DNA of 64,000 bases from an uncultured Acidimicrobiia bacterium (GCA_963744905.1 CAVUUV010000010.1:31916-95915), one strand, 5' to 3'. Positions 38,884 through 49,459 are shown, counted from the first letter of the stretch. The notes: a model not told the origin generated them from the sequence alone. Program-made: numbers and translations.

Positions 38884-39525
38884 TCACTCGAGTCTCTCCC
38901 GAGGAGCCTTGCGCAGCTTGAATTCCCCGGGACGGGGACCGGGAGAGAACACCGCTGGAGACGTTGGCGTCGGCCCGGATTCGGCCTGGGTTACCCCGGA
39001 CCCGGGAACGTCGGCCCGGGGATCCTTGACACGGGCCGGGGACGGTCGTGGCGGTGATTCGAGGTCGGCAGCCTCGCTGTCGCCGAGCGAGGTCAGAAGG
39101 TGGTTGAGGCCGGCACAGACGTCTTCGAACCGCCGTGAACCGATCGCCTCTCCCCAGGCGGCCTCCAGGTCGGCCACCGCTTGTCCGGCTGCGTCGAGGA
39201 GCTCCCGTCCCCGCCGGGTCGGAAAGATGAGCTTGGCCCGCCCGTCCGATGGGTCCGGTCGCCGTTCCAGGTACCCGGTGTCCTCCAGTTGATCCACCAG
39301 CTCCGAGCAGGCTGCAAGGCTCAGGTTGGCGCGATCGGCCAAATCCGTGAGACGGATCCCGTTGATGCCGATATTCCCCCAGATCTGGAGGTGAGCGGGC
39401 CGAACGTCGAGGAATTCGGTTTCCTCGGCTCGCTGCATGAGAAAGGAGCGGAACTCGTGCAGGAGCCGCCCCAGCAGCTGACCAATCGCCAATCGATGCT
39501 CGGGCAATCCTCTTGACAGGGCCAT
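38884..39525 (-). CDS. MarR family transcriptional regulator
   Basis: GIRLTDLA...LVDQLEDTGYLERRPDPSDGRAKLI. Confidence 0.88.
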   Translation of the reverse strand: MALSRGLPEHRLAIGQLLGRLLHEFRSFLMQRAEETEFLDVRPAHLQIWGNIGINGIRLTDLADRANLSLAACSELVDQLEDTGYLERRPDPSDGRAKLIFPTRRGRELLDAAGQAVADLEAAWGEAIGSRRFEDVCAGLNHLLTSLGDSEAADLESPPRPSPARVKDPRADVPGSGVTQAESGPTPTSPAVFSPGPRPGEFKLRKAPRERLE

Positions 39526-39548
39526 TGCCCATCATAATACTACGGAAC

Positions 39549-39570
39549 CCGAAGCTTCGGATACCGAAGC
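39549..39570. promoter_or_regulatory. Overlapping palindromes, candidate MarR operator
   Basis: CCGAAGCTTCGG and GCTTCGG-ATA-CCGAAGC in the short divergent gap. Confidence 0.5.
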
Positions 39571-39591
39571 ACCTTGGACTGGAAGGTACGT

Positions 39592-40425
39592 ATGCAACAA
39601 CTTTCGGACAGGACGATCGCTACTCAGCTGGGCCCGATTCACGTCCGTGTGGGAGGCGACGGATCGCCCGTGCTGCTGTGGCACAGCCTCTACGTGGACG
39701 GCCACTCTTGGGACCGAACCCTGGACGATCTCACCGGCGATCGCACCGTGATCGTCGTCGACGGGCCCGGCGCCGGTCAGAGCCCCGGTCCCGGTCGCGT
39801 CTTCACGCTGGCGGAATGTGCCGCGGCCGGAGTGACGGTTCTCGACCAGTTGGGCATCGAAGGGGTCGACTGGGTCGGCAACGCCTGGGGAGGGCACGTG
39901 GGGATCCTCTTCGCCTCGACCTGTCCCGATCGTCTGCGATCGCTGGTAGCCATCGCCTCTCCTCTCGAACCCATCAGTCGATCGATGCGACGAACCGTCA
40001 CCCCCCTGGTCAGGCTGTACCGCCTGATCGGGCCGACCCCGGTGGCGGGAAAGATCGCCGAGGCCCTCCTCTCCTCGGGGACTCGATCCTCCGACCTCGA
40101 GGCCACCCGCTCGATCAAGGAACACCTGGGCCGGGTTCCGCGCCGTACCGCCCAGATGACCATGCAGTCCGTCATGTTGAACCGGAGTGATCTCACCGAC
40201 ATGGCCCGGTCTCTCGTCCAGCCCGTGCTGTTGGTGGCCGGCGACGACGATCCGATGTGGACGGCCGAAGACTGCCGTCGGGAGGCCGAACAGCTCAGCG
40301 ACGGGCACAGCGCCGTCATCCCCCACTCACGCCACCTTCCCCCGCTCGAAGCTCCAGAAGAAACCGTGGCCACCCTCCGAAGCTGGTGGAGGACCCTCGA
40401 CGCACGCGCACGGCCATCCCCCTAG
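39592..40425 (+). CDS. Alpha/beta hydrolase-fold protein (GNAWGG elbow)
   Basis: LLWHS, DGPGAG, GNAWGG, GDDD, RHL motifs. Confidence 0.8.
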   Translation: MQQLSDRTIATQLGPIHVRVGGDGSPVLLWHSLYVDGHSWDRTLDDLTGDRTVIVVDGPGAGQSPGPGRVFTLAECAAAGVTVLDQLGIEGVDWVGNAWGGHVGILFASTCPDRLRSLVAIASPLEPISRSMRRTVTPLVRLYRLIGPTPVAGKIAEALLSSGTRSSDLEATRSIKEHLGRVPRRTAQMTMQSVMLNRSDLTDMARSLVQPVLLVAGDDDPMWTAEDCRREAEQLSDGHSAVIPHSRHLPPLEAPEETVATLRSWWRTLDARARPSP

Positions 40426-40434
40426 ACCCGCCAG

Positions 40435-43065
40435 TCAGGTGACGTCCCGTCCCAGGTCGGCGAAGCGTGTGAACTCGGGCAGGAAGGTCATGCGCACGGT
40501 TCCCGTGGCACCAGCCCGGTGCTTGGCAACGATCACCTCGGCCAGGCCCTTGTTCTCCTGGTTCTCGGGGTGGTAGTACTCATCTCGGTAGATGAACATC
40601 ACGACGTCGGCATCCTGTTCCAGCGAGTTGTGGGCGACTATCCCGTTGGCAACGAAGTTGTGGGTGTCTTCCACCGTGGCGTCAAAGGTGGGCATCTCAC
40701 CCATTGGCACGATCTCCACGACTTGATCCCACAGGACATCCGACGTGGCGAGATCGGTCAGCTGCGCATCGTTGAGTATCTCGCCGATCTTCAACAAGCG
40801 AGGACGGGAGAACCTTCGCGGCCTTCTCTTCGTTCCGAGCAGGTATGATCCGCAGTAGCGCTCACCTAGTTCGGCCGCGAGTTGGCGGTGGGTAATACCG
40901 GCCTGACCGGCAGACCGTTTGACTCTCTCGGCAACCTCCCACGGGACCAGATCGACGTTCGGATTCGGCTTGATTCCCTGTTGGACCTCGAGTGCCTCCT
41001 GGACCACGTCGCCACGCCTTCCATGGGATCCCACCAACTCGAGGAACCGGACGGTGTCGTCTCGGCCGCTGATGCGGACGTGCCAGGAGTCACGGTATCC
41101 ACGTTTCCGCGCCCGGGAGACGCGAGAGCGGATATCAAGGCGAAGGAGCAAACGCTGAACGTCAGCTGCAAGGCGGCGACTTGTACTGGCAAAGTAGATG
41201 CGAGTATGCGGACCGCGACCGTTGCGCGTGATGGTTATGGAGCCGTCGGTGGACCACAGATGGTGAAGGAAGAGAGCGATCTGGCCCTCATTCAGGCCCT
41301 GAATTGCTTCCGGGACGAACTTGTCGTGGGCCCGCGAACCCCAAAGACCCAACGGCTCCAACCAGTTGCAGATCGGATGATGCCTGTTGTGAGTCAAATG
41401 ATACGGAGCAGCAAGGTGCAACTGCCACGTCCGCCCATATCGGCGTTCATTGATCGCGACTCCAAATCGTCTGGTCGCCGACTTGGCGACCGCCTCTCGA
41501 TTGGCGGGATCCGCCGTTGCGTAGCGAACTGTGGGACCTATCGAACCGTCGCCGATGAGGTGAGCCAGCAGTATGAGCTCATCGACGTCCCAGGTCGCAC
41601 CCGCCGTCGGCTCCGGGATCCGGCGCGGGACCGCCAAATGGTCGCCCTTCTCTAGTTGGTCGAGGCGGAGCCATCCGTTGAGAGTCAAGAACTTGTGATT
41701 GGCAGTGGCATCTACCTCGTGACCCGAGGCAAGTCTCAGGCGATACACAGGCTTGATGCCGGACGGGAATGCTTTCACCAGTCGTCGAGCAGCAAGTCGC
41801 CACCGTGAGTCGACGGACCACACCAACGGCCGCTCCTGAGACAGCACCAGCTCGCCGAGGGTTACCTCGGCGCCGGTGTCGGCTCGCAAGAGGCGCGTGC
41901 TGGCCGGCATGCAACCACTTTCACGTAGGTCAGAGAGGCGGGGACGCTTGTCCTCACGGCTCTCCAGGGACCGATTCAGCTGAGAGAGGCCCACGACCGG
42001 CACATCCAGTTCTCGGGCCAGGTTCTTGAGGTTCCGACTGATCTCGGCGATCTCCTGCTGTCGATTCTCTCGCGACGCTCCTTGCATCAACTGCAGGTAA
42101 TCGACCGCCACCATCGAGAGCCCCGACTTGCGCTTGAGCCTGCGGCACTTGGCCCGAATGTCGGTGATGGTCACCACGGGTGAATCGTCGATGAAGATCG
42201 GCGCCTTGTACATCCGTGAGGCGGCATCCACCACCCGCTGCCAGAGCGGTCCCAGCTGTCCGGATCGCAGCTTCATCGAATCCACCCGGCCCACTGAGGA
42301 GAGGATGCGCTGGACCAACTCCTCCTTGGACATCTCCAGACTGAACAGCGCCACTGGCCTCCCCTGGGCGGCGGCATTGGTGGCGATGTTCAACATCAAT
42401 GCGCTCTTCCCCATCGCCGGCCTGGCGGCGATGATGATCAGGTTGGCGTTCTGCAGGCCGGCCAGCTTCTTGTCCAGGTCGCGGAACCCGGTCGCCAACC
42501 CGGTGATCTCCGAGCCCTGCGCCTCCAGGGTCTCGATCTGTTCCAGCACCTGGGAGAAGAGTGGGCCGACCTCCAACAGGCTCTGGGAGGCCCGCTTCTC
42601 TGCCACACCCAGCACCGTCTGCTCGGCCCGATCCATGACCGAGTGGATCTCGTCGTCGAGGTCGAAGGCGATGGTGGCCACGGTGCCGCCCGCTCTGATC
42701 AGATCCCGCCGGCGGGCGGCGTCCTCGACGATGTCGGCGTAGTGGATCACGTTGGAGGTGACGGGCACCACGTCGACCAGACGGGTCAGGTAGCTGACCC
42801 CGCCCACCTTGTCCAGCTCTCCCGAGCGGCGCAGATCCTCTGAGAGAGTCACGGCGTCTATGGCCTGGTTGGCGTCGTAGAGACGGCGCATCGCCTCGAA
42901 GATCGACTGATGGGCCGGGACGTAGAAGTCGTCGCCGCCGAGACGGTCCATCACCTCGTTGGCCGCTTCCACCGACAACAGCACGGCCCCCAGGACCGAC
43001 TCTTCGGCTTCCCGGCTGTGGGGCGGGACCCGGGCCGCCGAGCGAGGGGCGCTGTCTCCGTTCAA
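40435..43065 (-). CDS. dnaB: Replicative DNA helicase with intein
   Basis: PPHSREAE, AARPAMGKS, VDYLQLM, SQLNR, RESG|intein|SLEQDAD. Confidence 0.95.
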   Translation of the reverse strand: MNGDSAPRSAARVPPHSREAEESVLGAVLLSVEAANEVMDRLGGDDFYVPAHQSIFEAMRRLYDANQAIDAVTLSEDLRRSGELDKVGGVSYLTRLVDVVPVTSNVIHYADIVEDAARRRDLIRAGGTVATIAFDLDDEIHSVMDRAEQTVLGVAEKRASQSLLEVGPLFSQVLEQIETLEAQGSEITGLATGFRDLDKKLAGLQNANLIIIAARPAMGKSALMLNIATNAAAQGRPVALFSLEMSKEELVQRILSSVGRVDSMKLRSGQLGPLWQRVVDAASRMYKAPIFIDDSPVVTITDIRAKCRRLKRKSGLSMVAVDYLQLMQGASRENRQQEIAEISRNLKNLARELDVPVVGLSQLNRSLESREDKRPRLSDLRESGCMPASTRLLRADTGAEVTLGELVLSQERPLVWSVDSRWRLAARRLVKAFPSGIKPVYRLRLASGHEVDATANHKFLTLNGWLRLDQLEKGDHLAVPRRIPEPTAGATWDVDELILLAHLIGDGSIGPTVRYATADPANREAVAKSATRRFGVAINERRYGRTWQLHLAAPYHLTHNRHHPICNWLEPLGLWGSRAHDKFVPEAIQGLNEGQIALFLHHLWSTDGSITITRNGRGPHTRIYFASTSRRLAADVQRLLLRLDIRSRVSRARKRGYRDSWHVRISGRDDTVRFLELVGSHGRRGDVVQEALEVQQGIKPNPNVDLVPWEVAERVKRSAGQAGITHRQLAAELGERYCGSYLLGTKRRPRRFSRPRLLKIGEILNDAQLTDLATSDVLWDQVVEIVPMGEMPTFDATVEDTHNFVANGIVAHNSLEQDADVVMFIYRDEYYHPENQENKGLAEVIVAKHRAGATGTVRMTFLPEFTRFADLGRDVT
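40627..41913 (-). mobile_element. DnaB intein with LAGLIDADG-type endonuclease (429 aa)
   Basis: Begins CMPAS, block B TANH, LAHLIGDG and LWSTDG, ends HN before Ser+1; GC lower than the exteins. Confidence 0.93.
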
Positions 43066-43203
43066 CTCTGGTCATCCATTTCGTTGTCGTTCTTACACGC
43101 CGGGTACGACGCGCAATGCCGCCGAAGGGCGACCAGGGGAAGCGCGAGCAAACCTACCTCACCGAGGTGGGGTCGGGAAAACCACTTTGGCCCAAACGTG
43201 AGA

Positions 43204-43224
43204 AACCGCCCCCGTCGGGGCGGT
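43204..43224 (-). terminator. Hairpin after rplI
   Basis: AACCGCCCC-GTC-GGGGCGGTT. Confidence 0.6.
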
Positions 43225-43245
43225 TCCTGGCACGGTCCGGGCCGG

Positions 43246-43692
43246 TCAGGCCGGGATCACGTCGAGGGTGATGGGGAACTCGACCTCGTTGTGGAGCTTG
43301 ATCTGCACCTCGTGCAGGCCGATCTCGCGGATCGGGGCGGGGAGAACGATGTTCCTGCGATCCACCTCGACTCCGGTGAATTTGCGGATTCCTTCCACCA
43401 CGTCGGGCACGCTGATCGACCCGTACAACCGGCCTTCGTCGCCGGTCTGGGCAGCCAGCACCACCCGGGTTCCGACCAACTGGGTGGCGATCCGCTCCGC
43501 CTCTTCCTTGGCCTGGCGCTCGGCGTCTTCCCGGGCCCGGCGCAACTCCTCGGCGGTGCGGATGGCGCCCTCCGTCGCCTTGACGGCCTTCTTCTTGGGC
43601 AGCAGGAAATTGCGGGCATAGCCGTCGGAGACGTCAACCACCTCGCCCTTGCGGCCCAGGTCGATCACGTCGGAGGTGAGGATGAGCCTCAT
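43246..43692 (-). CDS. rplI: 50S ribosomal protein L9
   Basis: [28 protein letters not shown]. Confidence 0.95.
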   Translation of the reverse strand: MRLILTSDVIDLGRKGEVVDVSDGYARNFLLPKKKAVKATEGAIRTAEELRRAREDAERQAKEEAERIATQLVGTRVVLAAQTGDEGRLYGSISVPDVVEGIRKFTGVEVDRRNIVLPAPIREIGLHEVQIKLHNEVEFPITLDVIPA

Positions 43693-43961
43693 CGCCCACC
43701 CACATAGGGGAGCAGGGCCATCTCGCGGGCGTTACGAATCGCCAGCGCCACCTGACGCTGGTGGTGGGGGCAGTTGCCGGTAACCCGCCGGGAGCGGATC
43801 TTGGCCCGATCGGACATGAACTTGCGTAGCAGGGCCACGTCCTTCCAGTCGATCTTGGTCTGGGGCTCCTTGCAGAACTGGCACACCCGCTTCTTCATGC
43901 GCCTCATGTCGGCCGGGCCGCGCCGGCGCCTGCTGCGGTCCTGTGACTTCTTCTTCGCCAT
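43689..43961 (-). CDS. rpsR: 30S ribosomal protein S18 (Zn-binding type)
   Basis: CQFC...IDWKD...[12 protein letters not shown]...AREMALLPY. Confidence 0.95.
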   Translation of the reverse strand: MAKKKSQDRSRRRRGPADMRRMKKRVCQFCKEPQTKIDWKDVALLRKFMSDRAKIRSRRVTGNCPHHQRQVALAIRNAREMALLPYVGGR

Positions 43962-43979
43962 TTACGTCCTCCTAGATGA

Positions 43980-44441
43980 TCAGAACGGCGCCTCGTCGGG
44001 GCCGTAGTCCTCGCGGGCCACCGGGCCGGGAGGCACCGAACCCTTGGTGTTGCTTCCGCCGCTGTTGCCACCGTCCCAGTCGCCGCGAGTCGTCTTGTTG
44101 ACCGAAGCGGTCGCCCACCTCAGGCTGGGGCCTATCTCGTCGATGGATATCTCGACCACCGAGCGGCGGTCGCCCTGCTCGGTTTCCCAGGAGCGCTGCT
44201 CCAGACGACCGGTGATGATGACCCGGGCGCCCTTCTGGAGGGACTCGGCCACCGACTCGGCCTGCTCACGCCACACCGTCCCGCTGAAGAAGCTCGTGTC
44301 TTCCTGCCACTCCCCGCTTTGACGGTCTCGCCAGCGGCGGTTGACGGCCACCCGAAGTTTGGCCATCGCCACGCCCGAGGGTGTGAAGCGCAGCTCGGGG
44401 TCGTCTACCAGGTTTCCTACCAGGGTCACGTTGTTGGACAT
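43980..44441 (-). CDS. ssb: Single-stranded DNA-binding protein
   Basis: VGNLVDDPELRFTPSG; acidic tail DEAPF. Confidence 0.95.
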   Translation of the reverse strand: MSNNVTLVGNLVDDPELRFTPSGVAMAKLRVAVNRRWRDRQSGEWQEDTSFFSGTVWREQAESVAESLQKGARVIITGRLEQRSWETEQGDRRSVVEISIDEIGPSLRWATASVNKTTRGDWDGGNSGGSNTKGSVPPGPVAREDYGPDEAPF

Positions 44442-44511
44442 CTCAATATCTCCTTCCCAGGACGGTCGCCCCCGACTATGCCGGAGGCCAATGACACCGT
44501 CCAGTGGGTCA

Positions 44512-44799
44512 TCAGTCGTCCGTGCGAAGGATCTTGTGACGCACGACGTCGTCGGCCAGTGTGAGTACCCGATCGAGATCGTCCACCGGTTCGGTGGGGG
44601 ACTCGAACGTGACCACCGAGTAGTAGCCCTCATTGGCGTGGTTGATCTCGTAGGCAAAGCGGCGCTTGCCCCACATGTCGGAGGAGGTGATCGTCGCCCC
44701 CCGACTGGTGAGGAAGGTCTCGACCTCCTTCACCTTGGCCTGGACGTCGCTCTCGGCCAGCTCGGGCCGATGGATCGTCATGACTTCATAACCGCGCAT
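44512..44799 (-). CDS. rpsF: 30S ribosomal protein S6
   Basis: MRGYEVM, WGKRRFAYEI, VVRHK. Confidence 0.95.
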   Translation of the reverse strand: MRGYEVMTIHRPELAESDVQAKVKEVETFLTSRGATITSSDMWGKRRFAYEINHANEGYYSVVTFESPTEPVDDLDRVLTLADDVVRHKILRTDD

Positions 44800-44807
44800 C
44801 GTCTGTC

Positions 44808-44884
44808 ACCTCCTGTGGACATCCGCTCAGGGAGGCCCCACTCGGTGCGCCGACATCCGCCGAACCGGTGGAGCAGGGGTCTCA
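44808..44884 (-). promoter_or_regulatory. Possible S6:S18 autoregulatory leader
   Basis: CCCUGCUC...GAGC...CCA-CAGGAGG arrangement able to sequester the SD upstream of rpsF. Confidence 0.4.
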
Positions 44885-44958
44885 CGGTGCCGGCCGCGCG
44901 AGGACGGCACCGGAACGACAAGTCTAAGCCGGTCGGGCGGTGAGGGCGAAGCGGGGCG

Positions 44959-45450
44959 TCACGGAATGATGAGGCGCGAGTCGGGGCTCAGCTCGACCGA
45001 CCCGGCCGGCACCTCCAGGGCGTAGGCGGAAGGTCGGTCGATGGTGTAGCCGGGACAGGGCTCGGCCGAACAGGGAGTCATCTCCAGCATCCCCACCCCG
45101 ACGCCGTCCTGGTCGAAAAAGACTATGTCCAACGGGATCAGCGTGTGACGCATCGTGAAGGTGTGGGTGGCCATTCCTCCCAGATCGAACAGCATGCCGT
45201 CCAGATCACCGAGATCCTCCACCTGCATCAGACCCCTGGTCCGGGTGGCATATGTGTCCGCCCAGGCCACCGTCAGCGAGCGCCCGTCGACGACGATGGT
45301 CCGCACCTCCGGGTCGACCAGATCGCCTGTGTTCCCACCGGCCGGGCCGGTTGGCCTCGGTACGGGCACCCGGACCACGGAGGCGGTCGACGAGCCCGGC
45401 GCCAAGGAATCGCCGCCGGGCGCTGCGGCGCACCCGGCGGCGAGGATCAC
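44959..45450 (-). CDS. DUF192 family protein (probable lipoprotein)
   Basis: RTRGLM, DGMLF, TLIPLDIVFFD, ALEVPAG; start uncertain. Confidence 0.85.
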   Translation of the reverse strand: MILAAGCAAAPGGDSLAPGSSTASVVRVPVPRPTGPAGGNTGDLVDPEVRTIVVDGRSLTVAWADTYATRTRGLMQVEDLGDLDGMLFDLGGMATHTFTMRHTLIPLDIVFFDQDGVGVGMLEMTPCSAEPCPGYTIDRPSAYALEVPAGSVELSPDSRLIIP

Positions 45451-45458
45451 GATGGCTA

Positions 45459-46319
45459 TCAGACGGACGGCGCCCCGGTTGACGGCGATACCTCCAGTTC
45501 TGCGGCCACCTCGTCCGAGAGGTGGTAGGTCTCTTCCGGTCCGGGGAACGCACCGCTCTTCACGTCCGCCACGTATGCCTCCAGCGCCGCAACGGCGCGT
45601 TCGGCGAAGTTCTCGTAACGACGCACGAACTTGGGATAGCGACCGAAACCCAACCCCAACAGGTCGGTGTAGACCAGCACCTGCCCGTCGGTGTGGGGGC
45701 CGGCGCCGATGCCGATGGTCGGCACCGACACCTGCTCGGTTACCCGCCGGGCGACCAGATCGGGGATGCCTTCCAGAACGATGGCGAAGACCCCCGCCGA
45801 CTCCAGCTCCTTGGCCTCCTGAACCAGGCGGCGTGCCGTCTCCAGTTCCCTCCCCTGGACCTTGTAGCCGCCCATGGCGTGAACCGACTGCGGCGTCAGC
45901 CCCAGATGACCCAGCACCGGAATCTCGGCACCGACGATGGCCTCGATCATCGGCACCCGCCGGGTGCCGCCCTCGAGTTTGACCGCTTCGGCATGGCCCT
46001 CCTGCACCAGGCGCCCGGCGTTGCGCAGGGTGTCCTCGGTCGAGATGTGGTAGCTGAGCCAGGGCATGTCCACCACCAGCAGCGAGTCGGGCTCGGCCCG
46101 GGCCACCGCCTGGGCGTGGAGGACCATGATGTCGATGGTCATGCCCAGGGTGTCGTCCATGCCATGGATGACGTTGGCGGCGGAATCGCCCACCAGGATC
46201 ATCTCTACTCCGGCTTCGGAAGCGACCCGGGCGGACGGGTAGTCGTAGGCGGTGACCATGGTCAGCTTGGGGCCACCTTTGCGGCTGCGCACCCAGGGGA
46301 CGGTGATCTTGTCACCCAT
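45459..46319 (-). CDS. panB: 3-methyl-2-oxobutanoate hydroxymethyltransferase
   Basis: TAYD, LVGDS, VKLEGG, GHLGLTPQ, TIGIGAG motifs. Confidence 0.95.
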   Translation of the reverse strand: MGDKITVPWVRSRKGGPKLTMVTAYDYPSARVASEAGVEMILVGDSAANVIHGMDDTLGMTIDIMVLHAQAVARAEPDSLLVVDMPWLSYHISTEDTLRNAGRLVQEGHAEAVKLEGGTRRVPMIEAIVGAEIPVLGHLGLTPQSVHAMGGYKVQGRELETARRLVQEAKELESAGVFAIVLEGIPDLVARRVTEQVSVPTIGIGAGPHTDGQVLVYTDLLGLGFGRYPKFVRRYENFAERAVAALEAYVADVKSGAFPGPEETYHLSDEVAAELEVSPSTGAPSV

Positions 46320-46638
46320 CGGAGACTCCTCTCTCCCCACCACGTCGGGTTGGGGGATGTAGTCGGCTATGTCGACCGTCGGGATGGACCTCGGCCGCCG
46401 CGGCGGGTCGCCCGTGCCCTGGGGACGGTGGTTTCGAGGGAATTCTAGCGTGCTTGCCAGAGCATCCTCGGGGCAGAGCCATCTTCATCGGCCTCGCCGT
46501 TCTCCCCGGGTGACCGCGAAACGCCCCATCGAGTCGCCCAGTATCCACCGCCGCTCTGATCGTGAAAGTTCCTGCCGGTAGGTCGCCTGCCAGCGATGAC
46601 CGTCAAACGCTGGTGCAGTTCGCTCCGTGGGAAAGAAT

Positions 46639-46671
46639 GGACCCGGTGGCTCCCCCTATGCCACCGGGTCC
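46639..46671 (-). terminator. Hairpin after secreted hypothetical gene
   Basis: 12-bp stem GGACCCGGTGGC/GCCACCGGGTCC. Confidence 0.6.
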
Positions 46672-46702
46672 TCGGCTCTCATTCCACGGGACGAGACACA
46701 AC

Positions 46703-47350
46703 TCAGCCAGCTGTGAGCGTGCCCATCTCGATGAGGCACGCCGGTGGGCTCCCCTCCGGCGCATAGCAACGGCTGTTCACGTGGAAGTGCCACGAATACG
46801 AATAGGGATTGCCGTCGCGGTCGGTCAGGCTGGCGGTCCCCCAGTCACCGAAGGCATTGCTTCTAGTGCCCGAGAAGTCGACATCGTTGTCGTTCGAGTG
46901 GAACGACGTGGTCCCCGATGCGAGGAATGCTCCATCGTCGTCGGTATCGGTGCACGGCCCTACCAGAGGCCTGTTCTCTGGAGAGTCGAGCGTCCAGATC
47001 TCGATCCCGAGGGCCTTCTCGTTGATGTGACCGACGAGGGCGCCCTGGCCCGTGTCCTTGAGGAGAACGGTCACCGCTTCGTCACCCGGATAGTCGGGTG
47101 GTGGCTCGGGCGGATCACCAACCATCCCGCCCTGAAGCCAGGCGATGACTGCGTTCTCGAAGGCGAACACCTCCGGCGTGCAGTAGCTGTCTCGGTCATA
47201 GTTGACAAAGACCGCGATTCCGTTGTCGAGATCGGGCCAGCCGTATGTCAGCGGAAGCTCGACCCTTTCGGCTTGAGTGGCCACGGCCGGCACGGCCATC
47301 ACCGCTGTCAATAGTGCGACAAGTATCGCCACAAGTACTCGACGATGCAT
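46703..47350 (-). CDS. Secreted hypothetical protein
   Basis: GGAGG RBS; signal peptide MHRRVLVAILVALL...PAVA; four Cys. Confidence 0.7.
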   Translation of the reverse strand: MHRRVLVAILVALLTAVMAVPAVATQAERVELPLTYGWPDLDNGIAVFVNYDRDSYCTPEVFAFENAVIAWLQGGMVGDPPEPPPDYPGDEAVTVLLKDTGQGALVGHINEKALGIEIWTLDSPENRPLVGPCTDTDDDGAFLASGTTSFHSNDNDVDFSGTRSNAFGDWGTASLTDRDGNPYSYSWHFHVNSRCYAPEGSPPACLIEMGTLTAG

Positions 47351-47465
47351 CCTATCCTCCTCTACGCCCCCGGGGTCGTTGGTCAAAAGCTAGCAATTGG
47401 AACGGTTGGCCGCGGGAGGAGTTGAGGGCTCTGGCTTTCGACTGGCCGGGGATTTGAGGGCCCGG

Positions 47466-48240
47466 CTAACCCGAAGCCTTCTCCAGCACCCGGCGCGCCC
47501 AAGCGATATCGGCCGCCTGCTCGTCGGCATCACCGGGGGTCTCGACGATGATCGGGCAATCGACCTCCGCCACAACGGCAGCCAGGTCCGAGGGGATTCA
47601 TCTCTCCCCGACCCAGGTTGGCATGACGGTCTCGTCGTGAGTCGAACGGGTCGCGGGAGTCATTGAGATGGACCAGGTCGATGCGCCCCGTGGCTTCCAT
47701 GACCCTCTCCACCAGGCCGTCCATCGGCTCTCCCCCGGCCCAGGCGTGGCAGGTGTCCAGCACGAAACCGACTCCGTAGCCTCCAATCTCCTCCCACAGG
47801 CCTGTCAGCTCCTCGATCCTCCGGGCCACCGCCTTGTCTCCACCGGCAGTGTTCTCGATCAGGATCGGGACTTCGGAGTCGACCTGATCGAGCGCCTTGG
47901 CCCAGCGGGTATAACCCTCCGACACTTCTCCCTCCCCGGTGACATGGCCTCCGTGAACCACGACTCCGGCAGCGGCGACGGTGGCGGCTGCGTCGCAGGT
48001 GTCCTGGAGGATCTTGCGGCTGGGGATCCGGACCCGGTTGTTGTCGGCGCAGAGGTTGATGAGATAGGGGGCGTGGACGTAGATGGGGACCTCGGCCGTC
48101 GCCAGCTCGATGGCGTCGAGGCGAGGAGCGGGCTTCTTCCACGACTGGGGGTTGGAGAGGAAGATCTGGACGACCTCGGCTCCCCTCTCCTCTGCCTCCT
48201 GTAGCGGACGGCGACTGGGTGTGTGCGCTCCGACGATCAT
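47466..48240 (-). CDS. nfo: Endonuclease IV (frameshift near 47593)
   Basis: HAPYLIN, VHGG, IENTAG, DTCH, HLNDS, DRHAN; IIVETP tail lies in the +1 frame. Confidence 0.85.
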
Positions 48241-48923
48241 GCGTCTCTCTCACCCAGACGGACCATGGTGACCGCCTGATCGGCGACGGCTGTGGCCACC
48301 CGGGCGGCATTGTGTTCCCATTCCTTGGTGAAGAGGGCAACGGTGGTGTCGTCCAACCGGCGCCCTGCCCAAATACTGTCGGGCAGCAGTGATCCATCGG
48401 CGACCTGGATGATCAGGACCTCGAGCTCGTCTCCGTCGTCCTCGAGGGTCCCGGCGTCGAGGTCACGCAGGGAGATCCAGGGGAGGGTGACCGGAGGGCG
48501 GAACGGGCCCCCCATCCGCACGTGCAGGCCCGTGTCGTCGGTGGTCAGCACCGGGGCCGGCATGAACAGCTCCTTGAGCCCCCACAGCACCACCGCCCCG
48601 CCCACGACGATGAGGGCCCAGGCCCAGATGTAGTCGCGGGGCTCCAGCGTTTGCGGGTCGGAGGTGAAGATCCGATCGGTCAGCCAGGCCACGATCCTCT
48701 GGCGGGAGACGAAGTCGATCCCGACCACGATCGCCGGGATCCCCGCCAGGGAGATCAGCCAGGTGCGGAGGGTGGAGCGCCCGACCTCGTACGGTTCCAG
48801 TATCGGGGCCGCGGGCCCCGGCGGCCCGATGACCTCCGTTGACGTCTCGGATGGAGGCAGGTCGGCATGGGAGCCGGGCCGCAAATGGGCACCCCGACCC
48901 TGGGCGGTGTCGTCGGACGTCAT
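48237..48923 (-). CDS. Hypothetical membrane protein
   Basis: Two TM segments; 4-nt overlaps with pyrE and nfo. Confidence 0.7.
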   Translation of the reverse strand: MTSDDTAQGRGAHLRPGSHADLPPSETSTEVIGPPGPAAPILEPYEVGRSTLRTWLISLAGIPAIVVGIDFVSRQRIVAWLTDRIFTSDPQTLEPRDYIWAWALIVVGGAVVLWGLKELFMPAPVLTTDDTGLHVRMGGPFRPPVTLPWISLRDLDAGTLEDDGDELEVLIIQVADGSLLPDSIWAGRRLDDTTVALFTKEWEHNAARVATAVADQAVTMVRLGERDA

Positions 48924-49459
48924 TGGCCTACTCCCAGATCGGAGGGTATGGCCAGGGCCCGATAGGGAAGGTCGCGCCGTGCCATCTCTGCTCCCACGGT
49001 ACCGTCGCTGCGATCGAACAGGGCGATGGCCTGGACCACCACCAAACCATGGTCCACCGCCACATCGATCGCTTCGAAGAAGGCCCCTCCGGTCGTGGTG
49101 GTGTCTTCCAGCACCGCCACCGCAGTGCCGGAGGGGACCGGGCCCACCAGACGTCCTCCGGTCCCGTGGTCCTTGGCCGCCTTGCGGATCGAGAAGGCAT
49201 CGACGGCTCCCCCCGAGCACACGGCGGCGGCGATGGCGATCGGGTCGGCCCCCATCGTCATGCCACCCACCGCCCGGACATCGTGGTCCAGCACGGCCAG
49301 CACCGCCTCGCCGACCAGGCGGGCCCCCTCACCCGAGAAGGTGGTCTGGCGAGCGTCCAGATACCAGTCGGCTCGCCGACCAGAGGCGAGGGTGAAGGGG
49401 CCGTCGGTGCGTAGTGAGTGCGAGCGCAGATGATCGAGCAAGTCGGTGGGGTACGCCAT
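48920..49459 (-). CDS. pyrE: Orotate phosphoribosyltransferase
   Basis: FTLASG, GADP, RKAAKDHG, LEDTTTTGG. Confidence 0.92.
   Translation of the reverse strand: MAYPTDLLDHLRSHSLRTDGPFTLASGRRADWYLDARQTTFSGEGARLVGEAVLAVLDHDVRAVGGMTMGADPIAIAAAVCSGGAVDAFSIRKAAKDHGTGGRLVGPVPSGTAVAVLEDTTTTGGAFFEAIDVAVDHGLVVVQAIALFDRSDGTVGAEMARRDLPYRALAIPSDLGVGQ

Noticed and set aside
46320-46440. pan-type leader RNA upstream of panB
   Set aside because: Some pairing potential, but I cannot match a consensus without a covariance search
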